A DNA stretch of 64,000 bases from Candidatus Latescibacterota bacterium (GTDB lineage: Bacteria > Latescibacterota > UBA2968), in the NCBI GenBank assembly GCA_965205975.1, contig OZ242195.1, positions 1,472,001 through 1,536,000 on the forward strand. Direction: 5' to 3'. Position 1 is the stretch's first letter, and every line of letters starts with the position of its first letter. The translations under genes and the position numbers were made by a program. Below are positions 41,519-50,666 of the stretch, piece by piece. The notes under the pieces were generated by a model, which worked only from the letters and a program-made list of their open reading frames with translations, was not told the DNA's origin and did not search any database.

Positions 41519-43195
41519 ATGCAGACCAACTACGACGTCAACATGCAATTAGACATAAAAGTGCCCATGCGAGATGGTATCAATCTCTCTGCCGATATCT
41601 ACCTGCCTCGTGCACGCGAGAAATTCCCCACCGTACTTATGCGAACGCCTTATGACAACAACGCCGACAACATGGTGGAAAAAGCCCGGCGGCTTGCCAA
41701 CAACGGCTATGCTTGTATTATTCAAGACTGCCGAGGGCGATGGGACTCAGAAGGAGAATATTACGCCTTTCGGGAAGGCGAAGACGGATACGATACTCAG
41801 GAGTGGATCGGCAAACAAAAATGGTGCGATGGCAAAATCGGCATGGCTGGCAGTTCCTATGGCGGCACAGTCCAGTGGCGCAGTGCGCCGTATCGCAGCC
41901 AGTACCTCAAATGCATCACACCCCGGGTTATATGCACGGACTATTACTCCGGCCTCGTCCACCCCGGCGGTGCATTTCAACTCAACGTCATGATGACCTG
42001 GGGCATGCGCACCAATGCCCGCACTGCGCAGACCATCGAATTCCACAACTGGACCGAAGCCTTTCGCGCATTGCCCCTCATCGAAATGGACGAACAGGCT
42101 GGCCGCAACCTGAATTTCTGGAAAGACTGGGTCGAACATGATGCTTACGACGACTATTGGGAGCAATTCAACGACGAAACCAAATGGGGTGAAATCGCCG
42201 TCCCCGCGTTCAACATGGGCGGTTGGTACGATCTTTACGCGGCACAAACCTTCACCAACTTCAACGGCCTGCGCCTGCACGGTCGCACCGAAGAAGCAAA
42301 AAAGAGCAAACTCATCGTCGGCCCCTGGCCACATTCTCTTAGCCTATCGCCCAAAACCGGCGACATTGACTTTGGCGCACCGTCGATGGTCGATCTGGAA
42401 AGTCTTGAACAGCGCTGGTTCGACCACTGGCTCAAAGGTATTGACAATGGCATCGCAGATGAACCGCCTTTGCGCCTCTTTATTATGGGCATCAACCAGT
42501 GGCGCGATGAACGCGAATGGCCGCTTGCGAGAACCCAATGGCAAAAATGGCACCTGCACTCCGGCGGCAGTGCCAACACACTACTCGGCAACGGCACGCT
42601 CTCCACAGCATCACCGGAGAACGAATCGCCCGACCACTACACTTACGACCCGCACTACCCGGTCCCCACGATGGGTGGCAACAACTGTTGCTCACCGCAC
42701 ATCGTACCGTGGGGTCCCTATGACCAGCGTCCCGTAGAGATGCGTAGCGACGTACTCTGTTATACCAGTGATCCTCTTGAAACCCCCCTGGAAGTCACGG
42801 GTCCTATCAAAGCCGTCATCTACGCCGCCACCGACTGCACAGACACGGACTGGACCGCCAAGCTCGTCGATGTATCGCCCACCGGATATGCTATGAACCT
42901 CTGCGACGGCATCTTGCGTGCGCGCTTTCGGGAAAGCCTCACCAACCCCACCTTGCTCAAACCCGGCAGCATCTATGCCTACGAAATTGACCTCGGCGTA
43001 ACCGGAAACGTCTTCAAAAAAGGCCACCGCATCCGCCTCGAAATATCTTCTTCCAATTTCCCCCGGTTCGACCGCAACCTCAATACAGGCGGCTCGCTGG
43101 GGCGTGAGACCGAGATGCGCCAGGCCCATCAGACCGTCTATCACTCAAAAGCATACCCATCCCACATCACGCTACCCGTCATCCCTGCGACATAG
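41519..43195 (+). CDS. CocE/NonD family hydrolase
   Basis: VPMRDGINLSADIYLP, RTPY, nucleophile GSSYGG, GWYD, GPWPH, SSNFPRFDRN. Confidence 0.92.
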   Translation: MQTNYDVNMQLDIKVPMRDGINLSADIYLPRAREKFPTVLMRTPYDNNADNMVEKARRLANNGYACIIQDCRGRWDSEGEYYAFREGEDGYDTQEWIGKQKWCDGKIGMAGSSYGGTVQWRSAPYRSQYLKCITPRVICTDYYSGLVHPGGAFQLNVMMTWGMRTNARTAQTIEFHNWTEAFRALPLIEMDEQAGRNLNFWKDWVEHDAYDDYWEQFNDETKWGEIAVPAFNMGGWYDLYAAQTFTNFNGLRLHGRTEEAKKSKLIVGPWPHSLSLSPKTGDIDFGAPSMVDLESLEQRWFDHWLKGIDNGIADEPPLRLFIMGINQWRDEREWPLARTQWQKWHLHSGGSANTLLGNGTLSTASPENESPDHYTYDPHYPVPTMGGNNCCSPHIVPWGPYDQRPVEMRSDVLCYTSDPLETPLEVTGPIKAVIYAATDCTDTDWTAKLVDVSPTGYAMNLCDGILRARFRESLTNPTLLKPGSIYAYEIDLGVTGNVFKKGHRIRLEISSSNFPRFDRNLNTGGSLGRETEMRQAHQTVYHSKAYPSHITLPVIPAT

Positions 43196-43209
43196 CAGCG
43201 GAGAATAAT

Positions 43210-44001
43210 ATGTCAGACTCTCGACCAAATATCCTGCTCATCATGACCGACCAGCAACGCGGCGACTGCATAGGTCTCGACCCCAACGCCTGGCAAATTT
43301 GCCTTGACAAACACGACATGCGCTGTTCTCGGGCGGCTTATTACGGTATGATCAACTTTATAGACGAGCAGATCGGTCGCCTCATCCAATATACCGGCGG
43401 TCTCAACAACTGCCTGACCATCTTCACATCTGACCACGGCGAAATGCTGGGCGACCACAATCTCTTTCGCAAAACCTGGCCATACGAAGCGTCTGCTCGA
43501 ATTCCATTTCTCATACGCGCCCCTAAAAAATGGGGGTACCCAGGAGAAATAACTTGCAAAAGTCCCGTCGGCATTCAGGACATTATGCCTACTATCCTCG
43601 ATGCGGCCAGCATCGACATCCCCGATACCTGCACGGGCAAAAGCCTTCTGCCCGTCATGCAAGGCGACACCGACCACGTCCGGGAATTTTTACACGGAGA
43701 ACACGCTGGCTGCTACGAATACGACCACGGCAACCACTATATCACAGACGGACACCACAAATACATCTGGTATTCTCAAACGGGTGAAGAACATCTTTTC
43801 AACCTAGACGAAGATCCCCATGAAATGCGCGACATCACGCGCAATCCCAACTCTGAAATACAACCCTGGCGAAATCGTCTCATCGAATTCCTCAAAGACC
43901 GTCCAGAAGGTTTTACCGATGGCACGCATTTAATCCCCGGCCAGCCCCACGAAGAACTCCTGCCGGACTATGACCCCGAAGCAACCTACCCGCATTTGTG
44001 A
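43210..44001 (+). pseudogene. Sulfatase with large in-frame internal deletion
   Basis: RPNILLIMTDQQRGD joins almost directly to RAAYYGMINFIDEQIG, FTSDHGEMLGDH, LFNLDEDPHE. No C/SxPxR motif; only 263 aa. Confidence 0.8.
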
Positions 44002-44023
44002 GGAATCACCAACCTTTCATCCC

Positions 44024-44053
44024 AACCGCCCAACACAACGGGCGGTTTTTTTT
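44024..44053 (+). terminator. Intrinsic terminator
   Basis: aaccgccc-aacacaac-gggcggtt-tttttt. Confidence 0.85.
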
Positions 44054-44132
44054 GTGTCTTTTGAAGCAACTTCTGCGCATCTTAGCGGTTAAAATAAAAA
44101 TATCCCGTTCCCCCCACCCCAGGAGACACCAG

Positions 44133-46223
44133 ATGATATTGCGAATGCTATTAGTTCTCATATTCGTCACACCAATAAATGTCGCAGGGGCAAATATCGA
44201 TTCTTTGCTCATTGCAGCCTCAGATACAACGCGTGGGTTTGATGAACGCGAGTCGCTGTTAAAAGAGGCTACAAAAAGCGATCCATTGGGACGCGCAGCC
44301 CACGCACTGGGCGCATTGTACATGTTGCAGGGCAAAGGTCATGTACACAGTGCAGAGCGATGGTTGAAAAGGGCGATGCAAAAACAACCCAATAATGGAA
44401 ATATCTTGACCTCGCTGGCCGAGTATTACTGGCGTATCGGGCGGCGAACAACCGCTATCGTATATGCCAAGCGGGGTATTGAACGCGACCCCGACAATGT
44501 GGGACCATTGTATTGGGCGGCACGCTTTGAGATGTGGAATATGACGCGGTATCTCGATGCCGAGCGCAGAATTGTGAATTATGGTTCGGATCCCAGATAT
44601 AGGCCAACGGTCAGAACATTGAGTTTGGAAAATTACGGCATTGAGGCGCGCGATGCGGCCATTGGATATTTGACGCGTGCAATTGCCAAACATCCAGACC
44701 ACTGGCCCTCCCATCACTTATTGGGGCTGATCTATTACGAAGGCCGAATGGCTCGTGAATTGATTCCCCTATTTGAAAATTATGTGCAACGGCATCCCGA
44801 CAATGCCCATGCACATTTTTTTGTGGGATTGGGGTATCAAGCTGAGGACCGGTTGCAGGATGCGTATGCCTCTTATACCACGGGACTTTCGCGCATGGCA
44901 GAAGAAGAACAACGCTTTATGATGGGCGTGTTCGTGCTCGCCGACCCCGACTCAACTACGCCAGATTACGCGGCCATTCGCAAATTCTGGACGGGACGCG
45001 ATCCATTGTACTTGACCGAATACAACGAGCGATTACTCGAACACTGTCGGCGCGTGGCTTATGCCAATTTGCGATTTGGCGACCCCCTCAAAGGCATTCC
45101 CGGCTGGACAACGGATAAAGGACAGGTTTATATCCGCTATGGTCATCCAGTATCTCTGGTGGCGAGACCTGCGGAGTTTCGCACAGGTGTGGATTTGCCC
45201 GGGTATATGCAAGATTATCTGGCCTGGCGGGCGCGGTGGCAGATGATGTCGCATAATTACGAGCATCGGAAGGAATTGTGGCGATACGAAGGCTTTACCA
45301 TCATTTTTGAAAATACGGACACGCGCGATCACTGGAATTTCCGCCTGGGCTGGTTGGATTCTGAAATGAATCCTCTGGGCTTTAAGATGTTTGTCGAGCG
45401 CAAATCCGACCATTTTCGAGACCCGTACTGGCACGAGCGATACAACGCGCCACATCAGATCGCGCAGTTTCGCGGAGAAGACGACAAAGCGCGTGTTGAA
45501 GTGTATTATGCTCTGGACGCCGATGAGGTCGAAACAAAAAACCTCCGCCCCGGAATAAAAAGCGTCAATCTGCGCCAGGGCCTGTTCCTTTTTGACGCTC
45601 AATGGGACACATTGCGTCGGGATATAAATCGGGTGCAGCGCATGCCCATCGTGAAGTACGACGCACTTGGCACGGGTTATTTGCTGGCAGGTGATCGGCT
45701 CAATTTGAAATCTGGGCGTTATTATCTATCGGCAGAAGTTGAGGATCGCGCAAAAGAATCTGTGGGCACATTTCGCGATACGCTCGATGTGAAACAATTT
45801 TCAAAAGATCAGCTAGACGTCAGCGATTTGTTGATCGCACGGCGTATAGTTGAACGCGAAGACCGCCCCTTTGGTCGCAATCGCTTTCTCATATTGTCAA
45901 ATCCCTTGCGGCAATATGAGCACAACGGTCAAGCCGTGGTGTATTTTGAGGTTTACAACTTACAGCGCGATAACTTCGGCGCAACCCATTACAAGCTCAC
46001 CTTTCAAGTACGGGCACTGAGCGATACCGGAGATGTAGAGCAGGCGGATTGGGTAACAGCTATATCTTATGAACAACGCGGCAACCGCGACTGGGAGCCG
46101 TTGTTTTTGGCATTGGCACTGGATAAAACCATGCCGGGGCCCAAAGCACTGCGCGTAGTGGTCGAAGATTTGCAAACTCTGGAAATAGCGCGTTCAACAA
46201 CGCAGTTTCGCGTGATGTGGTAG
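44133..46223 (+). CDS. Exported TPR + GWxTD domain protein
   Basis: Signal peptide, TPR helices, EHCRRVAYANLRF..GWTTDKGQVYIRYG.P. SD AGGAG before ATG 44133. Confidence 0.88.
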   Translation: MILRMLLVLIFVTPINVAGANIDSLLIAASDTTRGFDERESLLKEATKSDPLGRAAHALGALYMLQGKGHVHSAERWLKRAMQKQPNNGNILTSLAEYYWRIGRRTTAIVYAKRGIERDPDNVGPLYWAARFEMWNMTRYLDAERRIVNYGSDPRYRPTVRTLSLENYGIEARDAAIGYLTRAIAKHPDHWPSHHLLGLIYYEGRMARELIPLFENYVQRHPDNAHAHFFVGLGYQAEDRLQDAYASYTTGLSRMAEEEQRFMMGVFVLADPDSTTPDYAAIRKFWTGRDPLYLTEYNERLLEHCRRVAYANLRFGDPLKGIPGWTTDKGQVYIRYGHPVSLVARPAEFRTGVDLPGYMQDYLAWRARWQMMSHNYEHRKELWRYEGFTIIFENTDTRDHWNFRLGWLDSEMNPLGFKMFVERKSDHFRDPYWHERYNAPHQIAQFRGEDDKARVEVYYALDADEVETKNLRPGIKSVNLRQGLFLFDAQWDTLRRDINRVQRMPIVKYDALGTGYLLAGDRLNLKSGRYYLSAEVEDRAKESVGTFRDTLDVKQFSKDQLDVSDLLIARRIVEREDRPFGRNRFLILSNPLRQYEHNGQAVVYFEVYNLQRDNFGATHYKLTFQVRALSDTGDVEQADWVTAISYEQRGNRDWEPLFLALALDKTMPGPKALRVVVEDLQTLEIARSTTQFRVMW

Positions 46224-46311
46224 CTCACCACTAAAAGCTCAACTCGGCTTTTGCCACAGCAATTGAAGACACCCAAATCAATTTTTTTATTTTTTATTTT
46301 TCCATTAAAAT

Positions 46312-46352
46312 AAAAAAAGCCTTTGAAGCGTATATCTTCAGAGGCTTTTTTT
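46312..46352. terminator. Intrinsic terminator (bidirectional form)
   Basis: aaaaaaagcctttgaag-cgtatat-cttcagaggctttttt. Confidence 0.8.
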
Positions 46353-46370
46353 AATATCTAACGCCAAAAC

Positions 46371-46405
46371 TTGATTTGTCTGAAGTTGTTATATACATTG
46401 ATGTA
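46371..46405 (+). promoter_or_regulatory. Putative promoter with overlapping operator palindrome for the antitoxin gene
   Basis: TTGATT-N17-TACATT. The palindrome TACAT-TG-ATGTA (46394-46405) covers the -10 box. Confidence 0.6.
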
Positions 46406-46416
46406 CAGGAGGAAAA

Positions 46417-46644
46417 ATGAGAACTGTTACATCTACTGAATTTCGTCAGCAGGCGACGGCGTATTTAAATGCTGTTGAACAGGGCGAGACATTTCGTATT
46501 TTGCGATATGGCAAGCCTATTGCTGATCTAAAACCAATAGGCACAGCCGTGCCTGCCTGGAAACGGTGTATTGAACCGATCACGCTAAAAGGTATTTCTG
46601 TTTCGGATATGATAATAAAAGAAAGAGATGAGTACGGACGATGA
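46417..46644 (+). CDS. Type II antitoxin, Phd/YefM family
   Basis: MRTVTSTEFRQQATAYLNAVEQGETFRILRYGKPIADL. SD AGGAGG. Confidence 0.9.
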   Translation: MRTVTSTEFRQQATAYLNAVEQGETFRILRYGKPIADLKPIGTAVPAWKRCIEPITLKGISVSDMIIKERDEYGR

Positions 46645-46690
46645 ATGTTTTTTTAGTCACTTTTTACCGCGATCCAATAGGAGGCAAGCG

Positions 46691-47260
46691 ATGGACGTTT
46701 TGGAAGCTATTCACACGCGGCGCACAATTTTTAAGTTCAAACCGGGCGGTGTGCCCAAAGATGTGATTGAAAAAATTTTTGAAGCCGGTCTTTGGGCACC
46801 CAATCACCATTTGACAGAACCGTGGCGATTTGTAGTCCTGGGAGAAGAGACCAAAGAAATACTGGCGCAACGCTACAGCGAAATTCAGGAGGAAAAAGCC
46901 GCCGAAAATGCCAGCGATGAAGCCAGGCGAATATTAAAAGAAGCCGGTTATGCCAAGTTCATGTCAAAGCCCACAATTATTGCAGTGGCGTGTTTGCAAG
47001 ATGGTGATGATATCAAAAATCGGGAAGATTATGCAGCCTCGTGTTGCGCCATGCAAAATATTCAGTTGGCTGCCTGGGCAGAAGGGGTTGGCATGCAGTG
47101 GAGCACGGGGCCGATCACGCTGGAAGAAAACACCTACAAATTGCTGGGTGTAGATACCGGGAACGAATATATCATCGGATTTTTCTATACTGGATATCCC
47201 GATGAAATTCCAGAACCGAGGCGCAAGCCCCTCGAAGAAGTACTGAGCTGGACGGATTGA
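46691..47260 (+). CDS. Nitroreductase family protein (YdjA-like)
   Basis: AIHTRRTI, WAPNHHLTEPWRF, AMQNIQLAAWAEGVG..WSTG. SD AGGAGG before ATG 46691. Confidence 0.9.
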   Translation: MDVLEAIHTRRTIFKFKPGGVPKDVIEKIFEAGLWAPNHHLTEPWRFVVLGEETKEILAQRYSEIQEEKAAENASDEARRILKEAGYAKFMSKPTIIAVACLQDGDDIKNREDYAASCCAMQNIQLAAWAEGVGMQWSTGPITLEENTYKLLGVDTGNEYIIGFFYTGYPDEIPEPRRKPLEEVLSWTD

Positions 47261-47271
47261 TTCCGCTAACC

Positions 47272-48090
47272 ATGAATGGCTTTGAATTTTTTATCCTCTA
47301 TCGCCTGCCCTATTTTGCATTGCCTTTCTATCTTATCATGCTTGGCGTGCGAATATGGGTGTGGATGCGGTTTTACAACCCCGCGCTCAAGCTATTGCCA
47401 CGCGCCAGAGGATCTGTATATGGCGTGTGGAAGCAGCAGTACCGCCCAACCATTCACATTTTTCCCGGATCGCGCTCACAAAGGACAGAATGGAAACGCG
47501 CTATAAAGGGCTTTGTTTTTTTTACTGGTCTCTACAAGCGTGACAAAGTGCTGTGGATGGGTTCCTGGTCCCTCCATTTGGGGCTGCTCCTGGTAATTGT
47601 TGCCCATGCCCGCGTGATTTTACCGCTTGACCTAGATCTGATCTGTTTGCGCGTCGCATTGATCGGCAGTGGACTGATGACAGTGTCGGGCACTTATTTG
47701 TTGCTGCGTCGCATAATCATTCAACGCGTGCGGGAAATTACGGACTTTCGGGACTATCTGGCGGAATTCATCCTCCTGTTTTTTTCTTTAACAGCATTTC
47801 TCGTGATGTTAGACGGTGGCGTGTCATCCGAAGCCCTGCGCCACTATGTATCTGGGCTGTTGATGAACACAGTGGAAGTTATTGAAGTGCCACACATTTT
47901 TGTCTGGCACATGCTCGCCGCCCAGCTATTATTGATTGTGATCCCATTTTCCCATCTGTTGCATCTGGGCGGGATTTTTTTCAGTCGCGAATTTCTGGGC
48001 ACGTCCGATACATTTGCTGGAGAATTTGGATCAGAATTTTCAGGATTAAATGATGAACAGGATGAAAAACCACTAACCACTAACCACTAA
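47272..48090 (+). CDS. NarI/DsrM-like diheme cytochrome b membrane subunit
   Basis: Heme ligand pairs H-x9-H (SLHLGLLLVIVAH) and H-x17-H (WHMLAAQLLLIVIPFSHLLH), plus LLRRI...VREIT..DY. Confidence 0.85.
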   Translation: MNGFEFFILYRLPYFALPFYLIMLGVRIWVWMRFYNPALKLLPRARGSVYGVWKQQYRPTIHIFPGSRSQRTEWKRAIKGFVFFTGLYKRDKVLWMGSWSLHLGLLLVIVAHARVILPLDLDLICLRVALIGSGLMTVSGTYLLLRRIIIQRVREITDFRDYLAEFILLFFSLTAFLVMLDGGVSSEALRHYVSGLLMNTVEVIEVPHIFVWHMLAAQLLLIVIPFSHLLHLGGIFFSREFLGTSDTFAGEFGSEFSGLNDEQDEKPLTTNH

Positions 48091-48091
48091 C
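48031..48091 (+). repeat. Degenerate 9-mer repeats followed by (AACCACT)x3
   Basis: tcagaattt tcaggatta aatgatgaa caggatgaa a aaccact aaccact aaccact aac. Confidence 0.7.
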
Positions 48092-48094
48092 TGC

Positions 48095-49462
48095 TTGAGA
48101 ATCAGAAAATTGGAAAAGCCAGATAAAACAGAACGAGAAAAAAAATACATTCCAACAGGCCTGGCTGGCACGTATATGCGGCGCATTGCCGAATCGGATC
48201 CCTTTGTCCGCGAGATTCAGGACGAACCATCGGCGTTGCGCCTGTACATGGATACGTGTACCAAATGTGGGGTGTGCGCGCAGGAATGCCCGGTGTATTA
48301 CGGGCAACCCGACAAGCGCATGCATCCGGTGGAACGCTCTCGGCAAGTGATTCGTTTATACAAAAAGTACACGACATTTTGGGGACGGTTTTGGAATGCC
48401 ATTTTTCCAAAGCCAGATTTTGAAAATAATGATGCCGAGCTATTTTCCGAGCGCATGTACGAGTGTTTGACGTGTCGGCGGTGTGCGGCATTTTGTCCTG
48501 TGGGAATCGATCATTCGGTGATCTCGCGCGTTGGACGCTCGCTTGTCGATTTAATGGGTTTGACGCCGCCGTCCCTTGCACAGGGTACGCACAATTCGTT
48601 TGAAACAGGCAATTTAGAAGGCGCGTCAGCCGAGGCATTTTTAGACGCGATTCAATTTATCGAAGAAGAGCTCAAAGAAGAAACAGGACGGGATATTGCC
48701 ATTCCTTTAGACCGCGAAGGCGCGGAAATTTTCTTTTTGCCGCCGTCGGGTGATGTGCTGGTTTATGCTGAAAACTTAATGGGTATGGCAAAAATTTTTC
48801 ACGCCATCGGTGCCGATTGGACGATGAGCTCGCGGGCATTTGATGGATCGAATTTCGGATTTACGACCGGCAACAACTTCTCAATGAAGTACGAGAACAA
48901 GCACTACATCGACGCATGCGAAAAATTGGGATGTAAGATCATGGTAATGGGTGAATGCGGACATGCGTATCGGGTGATGAAGTTCATGGCCAGCGAAGGA
49001 CGCTGGTGGGGTGCATTGCCTTTTGAGATTACCAGTGGGTTTGAATATACGGCACAACTTATTCGCACGGGCAAACTGAAATTGGACCCGGATAAAAATC
49101 CCGATCCCGTGACCTATCACGACGCTTGCCAATTTGCTGCTGGGTGTGGAATTGTCGAGGAACCCAGAGAGATTTTGAAAGCGGCCTGTGTCGATTACCG
49201 CGAAATGCCCGATGGCGGGTACACACAGTGGTGTTGCGGTGGTGGCGGTGGGTTATCGGCACTGCGCTCGGTGCGCGCGTTTCGGATGGAGGTCTCGGGC
49301 AAAAAGAAAGCAGAGCAAATGCGCGAGACCGATGCGAAGATCGTATCAACTTCGTGTTTGCAGTGCCGCACACAACTCAAAGAAATCGCGCGTCATCACA
49401 AAATGCCACTAGAAATTACAGGTGTACACGAGTTGGTAAACAATGCGATTGTACTGGAATAG
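48095..49462 (+). CDS. DsrK/HdrD-like Fe-S heterodisulfide reductase subunit
   Basis: CTKCGVCAQECP and CLTCRRCAAFCP ferredoxin motifs, GECGHAYR, YHDAC, CCGGGGG, SCLQC (CCG domain). Start uncertain (48095, 48110 or 48176). Confidence 0.88.
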   Translation: MRIRKLEKPDKTEREKKYIPTGLAGTYMRRIAESDPFVREIQDEPSALRLYMDTCTKCGVCAQECPVYYGQPDKRMHPVERSRQVIRLYKKYTTFWGRFWNAIFPKPDFENNDAELFSERMYECLTCRRCAAFCPVGIDHSVISRVGRSLVDLMGLTPPSLAQGTHNSFETGNLEGASAEAFLDAIQFIEEELKEETGRDIAIPLDREGAEIFFLPPSGDVLVYAENLMGMAKIFHAIGADWTMSSRAFDGSNFGFTTGNNFSMKYENKHYIDACEKLGCKIMVMGECGHAYRVMKFMASEGRWWGALPFEITSGFEYTAQLIRTGKLKLDPDKNPDPVTYHDACQFAAGCGIVEEPREILKAACVDYREMPDGGYTQWCCGGGGGLSALRSVRAFRMEVSGKKKAEQMRETDAKIVSTSCLQCRTQLKEIARHHKMPLEITGVHELVNNAIVLE

Positions 49463-49472
49463 CCGATAGCTC

Positions 49473-50666
49473 ATGTCTCATTTAATTTACATGGACAACG
49501 CAGCGACGACATTTCCAAAGCCCCCCAATGTGCTGGAAGACGCGCTGGCGTTCTATCGAAAATACGGGGTAAACCCCGGGCGCAGTGGCACGGATCTGGC
49601 GCGAGAGGCCGAGGATATGGTTGCCGAGACGCGGGCATCGCTCGCTTCGTTTTTTGGTGCCACGGGCAGTCCAGATCGGCTTGTGTTTACACACAATGCC
49701 TCGGATGCGTTGAATATTGCTATTCAGGGCACATTGAAACCCGGCGATCACGTAATTACAACCTGTCTGGATCACAATTCGGTTTTGCGTCCGATTTACC
49801 ATCTCTCAAAATACGAGGGAATTGAGGCGACTTATGTAGGCTTTGGAGTAGATGGCTTTATCGACCCCGAAGATGTTGTCAGAGCGATCAAACCCAATAC
49901 AAAACTCGTAGTAATGACCCATGCATCCAATGTACTGGGCACTGTGCAACCCGTAGCAGCAGTCGGTGCAATCTGCCGCGCACGCGGTGTAATTTTCTGC
50001 GTTGATGTGGCGCAAACAGCGGGTATGTTGCCCATTGATATGGAGGCGATGCAGGCCGATATCCTGTGTTTTACCGGACACAAGTCACTCATGGGGCCAA
50101 CGGGTACCGGTGGGATGTACGTGCGCGAAGGCGTGACAATTGCACCGTTGCGATACGGTGGAACGGGTGTGCGATCAGAGTATCCCGATCACCTAAGCGA
50201 GTATCCCTGGCGATTGGAGTGTGGCACGGGCAATCTGATGGGCATTGCAGGGCTGTTGCACGCGCAAAAATGGATGCGCCGCGAAGGCGTGGAAAATATT
50301 CAGGCACGCGAGATGGCTTTGTTCAAACAACTGGTCAATGGCCTGCGCGAAGTCGATGGAACCATTTTGTATTGCGCTGAAAATCACGATCAACACGTGC
50401 CCGTATTGTCGGCCAATATCGAAGGGATGACAGCGAATAATGTGGGTACATTGCTGGATGTGAAGTTCAATGTGGCAACACGCACGGGATTGCAATGCGC
50501 GCCAAAGGTACATGAAATCCTGGGTACGAAAGCGATGAAGGGTACGGTGCGACTCTCACTAGGCCCCTTCAATACCGAAGCGCAGATAGAAACTGTGATT
50601 GAGGGCTTGAGCGATATTTCCCAACGGCACGGACGAATAAAAGGTCAGGTGCGGAATGGCGTATGA
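49473..50666 (+). CDS. Cysteine desulfurase family protein (class V PLP enzyme, group II type)
   Basis: YMDNAATT, DHNSVLRP, THASNVLG, PLP lysine FTGHKSL, catalytic RTGLQCAP. Confidence 0.92.
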   Translation: MSHLIYMDNAATTFPKPPNVLEDALAFYRKYGVNPGRSGTDLAREAEDMVAETRASLASFFGATGSPDRLVFTHNASDALNIAIQGTLKPGDHVITTCLDHNSVLRPIYHLSKYEGIEATYVGFGVDGFIDPEDVVRAIKPNTKLVVMTHASNVLGTVQPVAAVGAICRARGVIFCVDVAQTAGMLPIDMEAMQADILCFTGHKSLMGPTGTGGMYVREGVTIAPLRYGGTGVRSEYPDHLSEYPWRLECGTGNLMGIAGLLHAQKWMRREGVENIQAREMALFKQLVNGLREVDGTILYCAENHDQHVPVLSANIEGMTANNVGTLLDVKFNVATRTGLQCAPKVHEILGTKAMKGTVRLSLGPFNTEAQIETVIEGLSDISQRHGRIKGQVRNGV

